A stretch of DNA of 32,000 bases from Aliivibrio fischeri ES114 (GTDB lineage Bacteria; Pseudomonadota; Gammaproteobacteria; Enterobacterales; Vibrionaceae), in NCBI RefSeq assembly GCF_000011805.1, contig NC_006840.2. One strand, 5' to 3'. Positions 10,685-20,345 of this stretch are shown here, one piece after another. The position numbers and the translations under genes are program-made. How positions within the stretch are numbered: the stretch's first letter is position 1; each line of letters opens with the position of its first letter. The notes below the pieces were generated by a model that was not told the DNA's origin, did no database searches, and saw nothing but the letters and a program-made list of their open reading frames with translations.

Positions 10685-11890
10685 ATGACATCTTTACTTG
10701 GTATTTTTGCCATTTTACTGTTTGCTTATTTGTGTTCGACTGACCGCCGTAACATCCCTCTTAGAACTGTCTCTTTGGCGTTTGGACTACAAATTATTTT
10801 TGCCTTACTGGTTCTATATGTTCCTGCTGGTAAAGAGGTTTTAAACTCTGTTACAGCAGGCGTATCAGGCGTGATTGATTATGGTCAACAAGGTATTGCC
10901 TTTTTATTCGGCGGTTTAGCTACTGGCAAAGTTGGCTTTGTATTTGCCATTAACGTGCTTGGTATTATCATTTTCTTCTCGGCACTCATTTCTGCGCTTT
11001 ACCACATTGGTGTGATGCCTAAAGTGATTAATTTCATTGGTGGTGGATTACAACGTCTACTTGGTACAGGGCGTGCAGAATCCCTTGCAGCAACGGCTAA
11101 TATCTTTGTTAGTATGGTAGAAGCTCCATTAGTTGTTCGTCCTTACTTAAAGCACATGAGTGATTCTCAGTTTTTTGCTGTGATGACATGTGGCCTAGCT
11201 TCTGTAGCTGGCGGAACCATGGTTGGTTATGCATCATTAGGTGTGGATCTAAACTTCCTTATCTCTGCTGCATTCATGTCTGCACCAGCAGGATTATTAA
11301 TGGCTAAGATGATGGTTCCACCGGGTGATGAAGCAAATAATGATGATGAAATTACCTCTGTTGAGATTGATCATGCAACTAATGTATTTGAAGCATTAGC
11401 TGATGGTGCTATGTCTGGCTTGCGTATCGCTGTTGCGGTAGGTACGACGTTATTAGCGTTTGTCAGTGTGATTGCTTTACTTAACGGCTTACTAGGGCAT
11501 GTTGGTGATATCTTTGGTATCAAACTAAGTTTTGAATTAATTCTTGGTTACTTGTTTGCTCCTGTAGCTTTCATCTTAGGTGTGCCATGGAATGAAGCGA
11601 TTCTTGCTGGTTCATTAATCGGTAATAAGATCGTGGTAAATGAATTTGTTGCCTTTATTCAATTAATGGAAGTGAAAGATCAACTAAGTCCACATTCTGT
11701 TGCGATAGTTACATTCGCACTGTGCGGCTTTGCAAATATTTCAACCATGGCAATTTTGATTGGTGGTTTAGGTAGTCTTGTTCCTGAACGTCGTCCATTT
11801 ATTGCGAGAATGGGGTTCAGAGCGATTACTGCAGGTGTATTGGCTAACTTAATGAGTGCAGCGATCGCTGGTGTGATTTTGTCACTTTAA
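10685..11890 (+). CDS. nupC: NupC/NupG-type (CNT family) nucleoside transporter
   Basis: 401 aa polytopic protein with CNT motifs ([32 protein letters not shown]; [29 protein letters not shown]; [19 protein letters not shown]). Confidence 0.93.
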   Translation: MTSLLGIFAILLFAYLCSTDRRNIPLRTVSLAFGLQIIFALLVLYVPAGKEVLNSVTAGVSGVIDYGQQGIAFLFGGLATGKVGFVFAINVLGIIIFFSALISALYHIGVMPKVINFIGGGLQRLLGTGRAESLAATANIFVSMVEAPLVVRPYLKHMSDSQFFAVMTCGLASVAGGTMVGYASLGVDLNFLISAAFMSAPAGLLMAKMMVPPGDEANNDDEITSVEIDHATNVFEALADGAMSGLRIAVAVGTTLLAFVSVIALLNGLLGHVGDIFGIKLSFELILGYLFAPVAFILGVPWNEAILAGSLIGNKIVVNEFVAFIQLMEVKDQLSPHSVAIVTFALCGFANISTMAILIGGLGSLVPERRPFIARMGFRAITAGVLANLMSAAIAGVILSL

Positions 11891-11916
11891 GTTAATTGCT
11901 TAATTTCAAATAAAGA

Positions 11917-11953
11917 AAAGGTTGCGATCAAAAAGTCGCAACCTTTATTTTTT
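11917..11953 (+). terminator. Rho-independent terminator after the nucleoside transporter
   Basis: Perfect 11-bp stem AAAGGTTGCGA (11917-11927) / TCGCAACCTTT (11936-11946), 8-nt loop, then ATTTTTTT. Confidence 0.92.
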
Positions 11954-12035
11954 CTAGTCCCTAGTCCCTAGTCCCTAGTCCCTAGTCCCTAGTCCCTAGT
12001 CCCTAGTCCCTAGTCCCTAGTCCCTAGTCCCTAGT
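11954..12035. repeat. Tandem heptanucleotide array (CTAGTCC)n, about 11.7 copies
   Basis: Read directly: 82 bp of uninterrupted 7-bp units (11 full units plus CTAGT). Lies between convergent genes and overlaps the stop codon of the minus-strand bax-like gene. Confidence 0.99.
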
Positions 12036-12960
12036 TTTCAAATCTCACTCGAATCGGCGTTGAGCTATCAAATGTAACCTGATCAAAACTATCTAATTTA
12101 TGATGTTTAATTAATGCTTGCAGATTCTCAACATAAGCTTCACCACGGGTAGAGTAGTGAGATAAAGACTCGACTAGCTCATAACCTGATAATTTTCCTT
12201 CTTCGCTTAGTTGTTGGCGTAGTTTCCAAAGGTCTTTATAAGCAGATGTGGTGTTTAAGTTATACATGTAGCGTGCAGTACCTGCGAATAAATTGTCGAA
12301 TGCTGCAACTTTTACATGGCCGCCAGGAGTACTTAAATATTTACCACCTTTAGACGATAGATGTTCGCCATATAAGCTATTGCCATTAATTGCAAAATAA
12401 CTGGTTCCCCAACCACTCTCATCGATACCTTGTGCTAATACCATTCCTACTGGAATTACATTTAGACGTAAGAGTAGATCATCAATATTTTGGGTTTTTA
12501 CGAAATAAGAATCCATTAGGTTATGCATCCATAATGTTTCTTCTTTTGTCCATTCGCTCGTTGGACGTTTAGAAAGGGTAATCACTTCCTCTCTAACAGC
12601 ACTAATGTGTTCATTTACTTCAATAATTGTTGGTAACAATAAACGAATAAATCCTGAAATCTTTTCTTGAACAGGAAGCGCATTTAAATCATCCGGTAGA
12701 TTCTCTACAAAAAAAGTCGGCATAGAGTGTTCTTTGATAACACGATCTAATGAATATTGATGAGTCGTAAATTCCTTAATAAGAGATTGTGCAGAATTAA
12801 GAGAAGTCACTTTTACATTAGGGTAGGGTGAGCTTATCTTTTCTGGCGATAACGGAAGTGTTGTATCGGCTAAGCAAATTGAAGAGATGAAAAAAAGCAG
12901 AGAAGCAAAAATATGTTTTAACGTTTTAGATAAAGACATAAATGAAGTTCCATATTTCAA
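12031..12960 (-). CDS. bax: Bax-like protein with glucosaminidase domain
   Basis: 309 aa with signal peptide and VLAQGIDESGWGTSYFAINGNSLYGEH, PGGHVKVAAFDNLFAGTARYMYNLNTTSAYKDLWKLR, characteristic of E. coli Bax-like glucosaminidase-fold proteins. Confidence 0.9.
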   Translation of the reverse strand: MKYGTSFMSLSKTLKHIFASLLFFISSICLADTTLPLSPEKISSPYPNVKVTSLNSAQSLIKEFTTHQYSLDRVIKEHSMPTFFVENLPDDLNALPVQEKISGFIRLLLPTIIEVNEHISAVREEVITLSKRPTSEWTKEETLWMHNLMDSYFVKTQNIDDLLLRLNVIPVGMVLAQGIDESGWGTSYFAINGNSLYGEHLSSKGGKYLSTPGGHVKVAAFDNLFAGTARYMYNLNTTSAYKDLWKLRQQLSEEGKLSGYELVESLSHYSTRGEAYVENLQALIKHHKLDSFDQVTFDSSTPIRVRFEN

Positions 12961-13031
12961 ATAGATAATAACATGGGATTATCTTTAGGTTATTTGTATT
13001 GTCCCAGAAAAATCAATTAGAGGGGCGATCG

Positions 13032-13061
13032 AAAACGGTGCTGTAATTAGCACCGTTTTTT
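13032..13061. terminator. Terminator-like hairpin between the bax-like gene and ppiB
   Basis: Perfect stem AAAACGGTGCT (13032-13042) / AGCACCGTTTT (13049-13059). The T run is better on the plus strand, but the minus strand (ppiB end) also reads TTTT. Confidence 0.75.
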
Positions 13062-13084
13062 GTTTTATCGGGTGATTTCGGGGG

Positions 13085-13582
13085 TTATTCGCCTACGATA
13101 GTCACTTTCTCGATAACAATACTCTCTTTTGGAACATCGTCAAACTCACCGATGGATTTAGTTTTAATTTTGGCTATTTTCTTAACCACATCCATGCCCA
13201 TTGTTACTTCGCCAAATACAGCATAACCCCAACCTGCATTGGTAGTTGCTGTATGGTCAAGGAACGTATTGTTAGCAATATTAATAAAAAATTCGCTTGT
13301 TGCAGAATGAGGGGCATCGGTACGTGCCATTGCAATTGTACCGTTTAAATTCTTTAAACCGCGATTCGCTTCATTAACGATAGGTGCACGCATTTCTTTT
13401 TCTTGCATATCAGCAGTAAAACCGCCGCCTTGAATCATAAATCCTTTGATAACTCGGTGAAAAATGGTGCCTTCGTAGAAACCATCTTGGCAATATTTTA
13501 AAAAGTTCTTTGAGCTAACAGGGGCTTTCTCTTTGTTTAGCTCAATGTGAATATCACCAAAGTTGGTAGTAAAAATGATCAT
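13085..13582 (-). CDS. ppiB: Peptidyl-prolyl cis-trans isomerase B (cyclophilin)
   Basis: [59 protein letters not shown]. Start set at the ATG at 13582 rather than the 5'-extended ORF. Confidence 0.96.
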   Translation of the reverse strand: MIIFTTNFGDIHIELNKEKAPVSSKNFLKYCQDGFYEGTIFHRVIKGFMIQGGGFTADMQEKEMRAPIVNEANRGLKNLNGTIAMARTDAPHSATSEFFINIANNTFLDHTATTNAGWGYAVFGEVTMGMDVVKKIAKIKTKSIGEFDDVPKESIVIEKVTIVGE

Positions 13583-13592
13583 AATTTTGTTC

Positions 13593-14444
13593 TTAATTAA
13601 TTTTAAATTCTTTGAAAATAGCATTACCAACTTCAACAATAACTTGATTACGTTCAGCCATATCAAGCTTTGTTTGAGTTAAGTAAATACTAATGATTAT
13701 AGGTTGGTGTTTGTCGTTCCAGATAGCGGCAGTGATACCACGCGAACCAAAACCACCAGCACCTGAGCGATCAGCAATAGACCAGTCATTAGGTAAAATA
13801 GAGCGCAGTAGTGGATCAGACACTTTGTTGTTCATCATCCAAGATTTTAATGTTTGTTCATCCTGTGAGTTTAAAGTGTTTCCAAATAACAAAGCGTTGA
13901 GTGTTTGCGACATAGCAACGGGTGTTGTTGTATCTCGTTTATCGCCATTTTTAGATTCATTTAATTCTGGTTCAATGCGATCAAGGCGAGTTTTTGTATC
14001 ACCCATAGCACGCAAGAATTGCGTTAAAGAACTTGGCCCACCAATTTCATTTAGAACAATATTCGCAGCAGTATTATCACTCATTAGCATGGTTGCTTCA
14101 CACGCTTTTTGAGTCGTAATCATATTACCGATTAAAGGTTCTGTAACGGGTGACCAAGGCATGATTTGTTCTTTAGTTATAGAGGTGGTTTTGTATTTAT
14201 CAATGCCACCGACACTTGAGTCGTAAAGCATTTTTGCACAGGCAAGGGTTTTAAATGTACTCATCATAGGAAAGCGTTGGTCGCCTTTATATGCCCATGT
14301 TTTGTTTGTTTCTGTATTCAGTACTGAAACCCCAATGTAACCTCCGCTTGATAGCTCGATAGCTTCAATATTTTGAGTAAGAGAGCCCGCAATTGCATTG
14401 TTTGCTAAAACAATAAGGCCAAATAGAAATGGTTTGATTTTCAT
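13593..14444 (-). CDS. Class A beta-lactamase, CARB/PSE (carbenicillinase)-like
   Basis: Signal peptide, [16 protein letters not shown] and RSG box ([19 protein letters not shown]) in correct order and spacing. The RSG instead of KTG and flanking residues match the CARB/PSE group. Confidence 0.94.
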   Translation of the reverse strand: MKIKPFLFGLIVLANNAIAGSLTQNIEAIELSSGGYIGVSVLNTETNKTWAYKGDQRFPMMSTFKTLACAKMLYDSSVGGIDKYKTTSITKEQIMPWSPVTEPLIGNMITTQKACEATMLMSDNTAANIVLNEIGGPSSLTQFLRAMGDTKTRLDRIEPELNESKNGDKRDTTTPVAMSQTLNALLFGNTLNSQDEQTLKSWMMNNKVSDPLLRSILPNDWSIADRSGAGGFGSRGITAAIWNDKHQPIIISIYLTQTKLDMAERNQVIVEVGNAIFKEFKIN

Positions 14445-14494
14445 CAGAAGTCCTAAAGATAATTTTTATACAGCTATATATATTAATATTAAAA

Positions 14495-15413
14495 TTAGTC
14501 AAACTTTCGTTTGTATCTTGGAAGCATACTTTCATTCCCAAGTAATCCACCTTGGTGAATATACATTAAGGTCTGGTCGGTATTTTTAGGTAGCCAGTCA
14601 GTTAAACAGCGCCACATGAGAGGGTCATACAATAACTCGAATTCAACTTGAGTCTGTTGATATAGCTCTTTCCAGATCTCGTAGTTTTCTCGATATAGTT
14701 TACCAAAATGGTGTTTTTTCTCTGGGGTCAGAACTTCAGGGAAATCGGTTTCACCTAATTGATAAAATTGTTTTTCAAGATACTCATCGCCGCCAACACA
14801 AGAACACGTAATAACCTTAACGTCGTGAGGTTTTAAGTGTTTATGTAAAAATAGTGCGGTGGTTCCTGTTCCTGATGGTAATGCGACAGTTAGGTGCTCT
14901 ATATTTGCTTCTTTTTTCCAAGCTAATACTTCTTCTGCTAGCTTCTGGACACCACTTTCAGCTAAACGACAACGACCACCTTCAGGAATATAAATTTCAT
15001 CTTCTTTTGGTTGTCGTATCTTACAAATGTATTCAGCAGATGAAGTAGTAGAACCATCGTCGTCTTTGGCGTGTTCTAACTTATTTAGAGGAATGATCTT
15101 AGCGCCTAATTCTAAAGCCGCTCGATAATTACCAATTGGATTTTCTTTTAAATAGGATGGAATATGATCCACATAAAAATGAAGATGCCACTGTTTCAAT
15201 TTAGCCAGAGCCGCCATCGAATATAAGGAGTTCGCTTGCGGAGAACCATAGCCAATGATGGTTTTTATGTTTTGGGAATTCACTCTCTAGCAGCCCCATG
15301 AATTTTCGAGCTTTGTTACCTGAGAATTGAGGGTGGAGTAGGTCATCACGTTTTAGATAAAAGCGCGTACCATTAAAGTCATGTTGTGTTACAGGACTGT
15401 TTTCGATCTTCAT
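14495..15413 (-). pseudogene. 1-aminocyclopropane-1-carboxylate deaminase/D-cysteine desulfhydrase-like PLP enzyme, frameshifted
   Basis: ORF 15201..15413 carries the N-terminus (FYLKRDDLLHPQFSGNKARKF). ORF 14495..15283 in another frame carries the rest (KTIIGYGSPQANSLYSMAALAKLK...VALPSGTGTTALFLHKHL). They join near 15262-15273 at A-runs on the coding strand. Confidence 0.82.
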
Positions 15414-15436
15414 TCTTACAACTAGCCAAATTTAAT

Positions 15437-15462
15437 ATGGCCTTTATTTAATTAAAGGCCAT
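15437..15462. terminator. Hairpin downstream of yajD, possible terminator
   Basis: Perfect stem ATGGCCTTTA / TAAAGGCCAT, 6-nt loop. Poor T run on the minus strand. Confidence 0.45.
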
Positions 15463-15474
15463 TATTTTTAATTA

Positions 15475-15819
15475 TTATTTTTTCATCATTGCTTTTAGAT
15501 CAGCAAATGGATTGTGTGTTGCTGCTTTATGGTCATCTTCACCAGCTCTAATTTCAGTGCCGTATTGATCATGTTCAGTGTATTTAGAGTGTTCATGATC
15601 ATGGCAGAAAAGACACAGTAATTCCCAGTTGCTGCCGTCACTTGGGTTATTAGTATGATCGTGATCTTTATGGTGAACCGTTAATTCACGAAGATTTGAA
15701 TAAACAAATTCACGAGCACAATTGCCACAAACCCAAGGGTATAATTTTAGTGCTTTTTCACGATAACCACTTTCTTGGCGAGCGTAAGCGGCACTAGTGC
15801 CATAAAAATCAGATGACAT
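15475..15819 (-). CDS. yajD: YajD-like HNH nuclease family protein
   Basis: ARQESGYREKALKLYPWVCGNCAREFVYSNLRELTVHHKDHDHTNNPSDGSNWELLCLFCHDHEHSKY matches the YajD pattern, with HNH and CxxC pairs. Confidence 0.95.
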   Translation of the reverse strand: MSSDFYGTSAAYARQESGYREKALKLYPWVCGNCAREFVYSNLRELTVHHKDHDHTNNPSDGSNWELLCLFCHDHEHSKYTEHDQYGTEIRAGEDDHKAATHNPFADLKAMMKK

Positions 15820-16056
15820 GTTTCTTGTATCCTTTTAACCATTCAATTTTGAACGTTGTACTTAAAAAATAACTAAATGTATAACCTATACACATCTAAA
15901 CATAGAATGGTCAATAAAGGTATTAATTTTGAATAAATCAAAGATTTCAGATCACATTTGTTGCGATCTAGCGCCGAAGAAATAGAGCAATGCTATTGCA
16001 TTTGAACTCGTACAGGTTAACTTCATTGAGTTATCATTTTTGAGATGGAAAGAAGC

Positions 16057-16416
16057 ATGAGCGCAGATGTAAACATCATCTATAAAATATTGTGTCTATG
16101 GGGTAAGCCGAAGACTTATGCCGACTTATCAAGTGACTATAAACAGCACACAAATGAATGGTATTCTCCACACTCTTGGGAAAAGGTTTTAAATGAGTTA
16201 AATGTAATTTTGTCTCAAAATGGAGCACCGCCACTAAGTGCTTTAGTGGTATCGTTAGGAACGAATGAGCCAAAGTTGTCGTTTTGGTCGGGTGGGGCAT
16301 CAAACGTGCCCGCATTACCAAATAACCCATTACAGCGCACTTTATTATGGCAAAATTTAGTGAATGATATTAATCATTACTCATGGCCTTCTCAACTAAC
16401 GGACAAAAAAGAATGA
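16057..16416 (+). CDS. Conserved hypothetical protein (about 119 aa)
   Basis: ORF with good start context: purine-rich GGAAAGAAG directly before the ATG at 16057. No recognised domain. Confidence 0.7.
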   Translation: MSADVNIIYKILCLWGKPKTYADLSSDYKQHTNEWYSPHSWEKVLNELNVILSQNGAPPLSALVVSLGTNEPKLSFWSGGASNVPALPNNPLQRTLLWQNLVNDINHYSWPSQLTDKKE

Positions 16417-16527
16417 TGGTTTTATCCTGAAAGTGATGAGAAGTGCTATTCTTATGTTAGAAAGCATTGATAAAAAGTAATAATAAACGGTTATACGGAT
16501 TTAATCGGTTATATTTAAGGATAAATA

Positions 16528-16995
16528 ATGTGTTCCAAGCTTGAGTTAAAAGTACCGCCACCTCTTGTTATGTTGCTATTAATGGGAACCGTTTTTCTCT
16601 TTGATAGATTACTTCCTTTCCAAATTTTTTATATACCAACACTGACGGTAACATTGAGCATTATGTTTGTCGTTCTTGGTGCTGTGATTTCATTATCAGG
16701 TGTTCGAGAATTTAAACGTGCTCAAACAACCGTTAACCCTTTAAAACCAGAAAACAGCTCATCTCTTGTCGATTCAGGTATCTATCAATACACACGTAAC
16801 CCTATGTACCTTGGATTTTTATTAATATTAATAAGTTCAGTTGTTTACACTCAAAATCCGCTAGGTCTGGTCAGTGCTCTTTTATTTGTTACCTATATGA
16901 ATCGTTATCAAATTGAGCCAGAAGAAAGAGCGTTGGTAAAAATATTTGGTGATGAATTCAAATTGTATGCAGAGCAAGTTAACCGCTGGTTTTGA
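16528..16995 (+). CDS. Isoprenylcysteine carboxyl methyltransferase/phospholipid methyltransferase-like membrane protein
   Basis: 155 aa, several TM segments, and LVDSGIYQYTRNPMYLGFLLILIS...EPEERALVKIFGDEFKLYAEQVNRWF, typical of ICMT/PEMT-like bacterial proteins. Confidence 0.9.
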   Translation: MCSKLELKVPPPLVMLLLMGTVFLFDRLLPFQIFYIPTLTVTLSIMFVVLGAVISLSGVREFKRAQTTVNPLKPENSSSLVDSGIYQYTRNPMYLGFLLILISSVVYTQNPLGLVSALLFVTYMNRYQIEPEERALVKIFGDEFKLYAEQVNRWF

Positions 16996-17107
16996 ATTTA
17001 CATTACTCTGACATTATTAGCTCTGATTCGTCTAACAGCTCACGAATTAACCACTTAAATTAATTTAAAATTGTTTCATAAACGAGGCATCATGGCTGGG
17101 GTGTATT

Positions 17108-17884
17108 ATGAAAAAGAAAATTAAATTAATTATAAAAATCGTATTGTTTTTAGCATTTGTTGGTGTAGTTGGGCATGTGTTTGCCGCAGAGCCCATGTCA
17201 GCAGATAAGGTCGTTGCAAAGTCAGATGAGCAAATGCGTGGTAAATCGAGTTATTCAGAAATTACGATGAATATTATTCGTCCCGATTGGACTCGTAGTA
17301 TGAGTATGAAGAGTTGGACGAAAGAGCAAAACCTTTCTTTAGTATTAATCACAGGCCCGGCCAAAGATAAAGGCAATGCTTCTCTTAAGCGTGATAAAGA
17401 GATGTGGAGCTGGATACCTAGCATTGAACGAGTGATTAAAATAGCCCCATCGATGCTTGGGCAATCTTGGATGGGATCAGATTTCACCAATGATGACTTG
17501 ATTAACCAGTCTTCGATCGTCGTGGATTATGATCATAAGTTTGTAAAAGAAGAGACCATTGATGGTGATAAAACATGGGTAATCGACGCCATCGCAAAAC
17601 CAGATGCACCAGTAGTATGGAGTAAGGTTCGTCTTTGGATATCTCAAAAAACGTTTATTCAACGTAAGGTTGAGTCTTATGATGAGTTTGATGAGCTAGT
17701 AAACACGATGACGACTTACGATATTCAAGAAATGGGCAATCGAATGATAGCAACAAGAATGGTCATGATCCCTGCCGATAAGCCTGAAAATAAAACAGAA
17801 ATGATCACCCATAAGGCGCAGTTTAACTTCTTAATTAATGATGAATTCTTCTCTCAAATGCAAATGAAGGCATTACGATACTAA
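17108..17884 (+). CDS. Outer membrane lipoprotein-sorting (LolA-like) protein
   Basis: Signal peptide plus ADKVVAKSDEQMRGKSSYSEITMNIIRPDWTRSMSMKSWTKEQ...KRDKEMWSWIPSIERVIKIAPSMLGQSWMGSDFTNDDL, typical of the LolA-like sorting-protein family. Confidence 0.88.
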   Translation: MKKKIKLIIKIVLFLAFVGVVGHVFAAEPMSADKVVAKSDEQMRGKSSYSEITMNIIRPDWTRSMSMKSWTKEQNLSLVLITGPAKDKGNASLKRDKEMWSWIPSIERVIKIAPSMLGQSWMGSDFTNDDLINQSSIVVDYDHKFVKEETIDGDKTWVIDAIAKPDAPVVWSKVRLWISQKTFIQRKVESYDEFDELVNTMTTYDIQEMGNRMIATRMVMIPADKPENKTEMITHKAQFNFLINDEFFSQMQMKALRY

Positions 17885-17890
17885 CTATAG

Positions 17891-19129
17891 GTGCTGAATA
17901 TGCTTATTAAATTAGCTTGGCGAAACCTATGGCGACAGAAAAGAAGAACGATATTAACGGCCTCTGCATTAGCCTTGGCCTTATTACTTTCGTTGTTGAT
18001 GCGTAGCATTCAAGAAGGGAGCTATACAGCAAATATCGAGAATGCCGCACGTTTATCAACTGGCCTTATTCAACTGCAAAATCCCGAATTTAAAGAAACG
18101 CAAAGTATTGATGATTTGTTACCAATGAGTGACGACTTCATCGCTCCCACTAAGCAACAACCTAATATCCAATTTACCTTACCTCGAATTGAAACGTTTT
18201 CACTTGCTGCCGCAAAAGATAAGTCCAAGGGTGTATTAGTTGTTGGTGTCGATCCTCAACCTGAAAATACCTATTCATCTTTGGCAGATAAAGTGGTGCA
18301 AGGAGCGTATTTTACCGCAACGGATAAATCGGTATTGTTATCAGAAGGACTGGCGAGATATTTTCAGTTAAATGTAGGGGATGAAATTGTTCTTTATGGG
18401 CAAGGTTATCGAGGGCAGACTGCAGCAGGCTTATATGTAATAAAAGGCATTGTTCACTTTCCAATGCCAGATCTAAATAACCAATTAATCTACCTTCCGA
18501 TTCAAGAAGCGGTTCAACTCTTTAGTACCGAGAATCAAGTAACGTCATGGGTGTTGCATACACGTGATTTTTCTTTGTTACCACAAACGGTTGATAACCT
18601 ACAAAAAGGGTATGGGCAAGTAGTGTCTGTACGTCCGTGGAATGATCTTAGCCCTGAAATGGAACAGCAAATTCAAATCGATAGAGTGAGCGGTATTATC
18701 ATGATGTACATTTTATATGGCATTGTGGGCTTTGGTTTGTTCGCCACATTATTAATGATGACGCTTGAAAGACAGCGCGAATTTGGTGTGATGTTAGCGA
18801 CTGGAATGGTTCGGTTTCGATTATTAAAGCTGTTAGTAATTGAATCTTTCTTTATTGGCTTATTAGGTATTCTTTTAGGCTTAGTTATCGCTATTCCGGT
18901 TCTTGGTTATCTTTATATCAATCCAATTACATTAACGGGTGAAACCGCCAAAGCGATGCTTGAAATGGGGTATGATCCTGTTATTCCAGTATTAATCAGT
19001 GGGTGGCTTTTTATAAACCAAATGTTGATTGTTACAGGTTTACTGCTTTTATGCCTATTATATCCATTATGGCGTGTTTATCACCTCGATATTGTTACTG
19101 CATTAAAAGGAGGTTCTCATGCTGCTTAA
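17891..19129 (+). CDS. FtsX/LolCE-type ABC transporter permease
   Basis: N-terminal LAWRNLWRQKRRTILTASALALALLLSLLMRS, large periplasmic domain, three C-terminal TMs. Confidence 0.93.
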   Translation: MLNMLIKLAWRNLWRQKRRTILTASALALALLLSLLMRSIQEGSYTANIENAARLSTGLIQLQNPEFKETQSIDDLLPMSDDFIAPTKQQPNIQFTLPRIETFSLAAAKDKSKGVLVVGVDPQPENTYSSLADKVVQGAYFTATDKSVLLSEGLARYFQLNVGDEIVLYGQGYRGQTAAGLYVIKGIVHFPMPDLNNQLIYLPIQEAVQLFSTENQVTSWVLHTRDFSLLPQTVDNLQKGYGQVVSVRPWNDLSPEMEQQIQIDRVSGIIMMYILYGIVGFGLFATLLMMTLERQREFGVMLATGMVRFRLLKLLVIESFFIGLLGILLGLVIAIPVLGYLYINPITLTGETAKAMLEMGYDPVIPVLISGWLFINQMLIVTGLLLLCLLYPLWRVYHLDIVTALKGGSHAA

Positions 19130-20336
19130 ATTAGCGTGGCGTAATGTGTGGCGCAATAAAATGAGAACCTCAATCATGCTGGGCGCTATGATCTTCGGTG
19201 TCGTAGGCGTGATTTTAATGATGGGGTTCATGTCTGGCTTTATCGATAATATGGTGAAAAATACCATTCAGTGGCAAACCAGCCATATTCAAATTCATCA
19301 AAAGAATTATGCGTTAAATCCGGATATCAATCTTGTTATTGATGAAGAAAAGGAAATCACTCCGCTATTAAATGATTCCTCAGACGTGAAAGCATGGTCA
19401 AGTCGTACTTTAGTTAACGGCATGATAGCGTCAGCACGAAGTACCAGAGGCATAAAGATAAATGGCATCAATCTTCAAATGGAGAAAAAAATAACCCCGT
19501 TATCGGCACATATCATTGATGGTGAATGGCTAAGTGAAACTGGGCGAAATCCCATTTTAGTATCACAAAAAACCGCAGAGCGATTAAAACTGCGCGTGGG
19601 TTCTAAAGTCGTGCTTACTTTTAGTGATACGACAGGCGAAGTTACTGGAGCTGCGTTTAGAGTCAGTGGCATATTTAAAACATCGTCGAGCACGTTTGAT
19701 GATGCCAACACTTACGTTCGTAAAGCAGATTTACAGAAAGTTGGAAAAGTATTTCAAGATCATGAAATAGCGATTTTATTAAACGACAATACAAAAGTAG
19801 AGGCGTTTAGAGATCACTTAATAACAAATATAAATTCAGATAATAGTGTGCAAGATTGGCTGCAATTACAGCCTATTTTGTCAACGATGATGAGTTCGAT
19901 GAACGCTGGTAATCAAGTTATTTTAGTCATTTTTATTGTCGCAATGGGCTTTGGGATCATTAATATTTTATTGATGTCCGTGTTTGAGCGCACTCGAGAG
20001 TTTGGTGTTCTGATGGCCGTTGGCATGAAGAAAGATCGGATTCGTTATCTAATTATTTTGGAGTCTGGATTCCTAGGGTTATTAGGAGGAGGGATAGGAG
20101 TACTGCTGTCCATATTATGCATAGCGGTGTTCAACCATACCGGTATTCCACTAGAGTCCATGGCACAAGGCCTTAATGCATTTGGTATTGATTCGGTACT
20201 TTATCCTAGTATTTCATGGCATCAATACGCAGTGGTATCCATTATGGTCTTCTTTGTTAGTGTGTGTGCGGGGTTATATCCAGCGCACCAGATCATTAAA
20301 AAGAATCCTGTTCAAGCAATGGCAGAAAAGCAATAA
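19119..20336 (+). CDS. FtsX/LolCE-type ABC transporter permease (second subunit)
   Basis: LAWRNVWRNKMRTSIMLGAM...VFERTREFGVLMAVGMKKDRIRYLIILESGFLGLLGG. Start overlaps the previous stop by 11 bp. Confidence 0.94.
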   Translation: MLLKLAWRNVWRNKMRTSIMLGAMIFGVVGVILMMGFMSGFIDNMVKNTIQWQTSHIQIHQKNYALNPDINLVIDEEKEITPLLNDSSDVKAWSSRTLVNGMIASARSTRGIKINGINLQMEKKITPLSAHIIDGEWLSETGRNPILVSQKTAERLKLRVGSKVVLTFSDTTGEVTGAAFRVSGIFKTSSSTFDDANTYVRKADLQKVGKVFQDHEIAILLNDNTKVEAFRDHLITNINSDNSVQDWLQLQPILSTMMSSMNAGNQVILVIFIVAMGFGIINILLMSVFERTREFGVLMAVGMKKDRIRYLIILESGFLGLLGGGIGVLLSILCIAVFNHTGIPLESMAQGLNAFGIDSVLYPSISWHQYAVVSIMVFFVSVCAGLYPAHQIIKKNPVQAMAEKQ

Positions 20337-20345
20337 GGTGAGTGT

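Noticed and set aside
11954-12035. Heptamer array as a CRISPR array
   Set aside because: No spacers, unit only 7 bp, no cas genes nearby; it is a simple tandem repeat.
13693-14112. 139 aa plus-strand ORF opposite the beta-lactamase gene
   Set aside because: Antisense shadow of a gene with all class A catalytic motifs.
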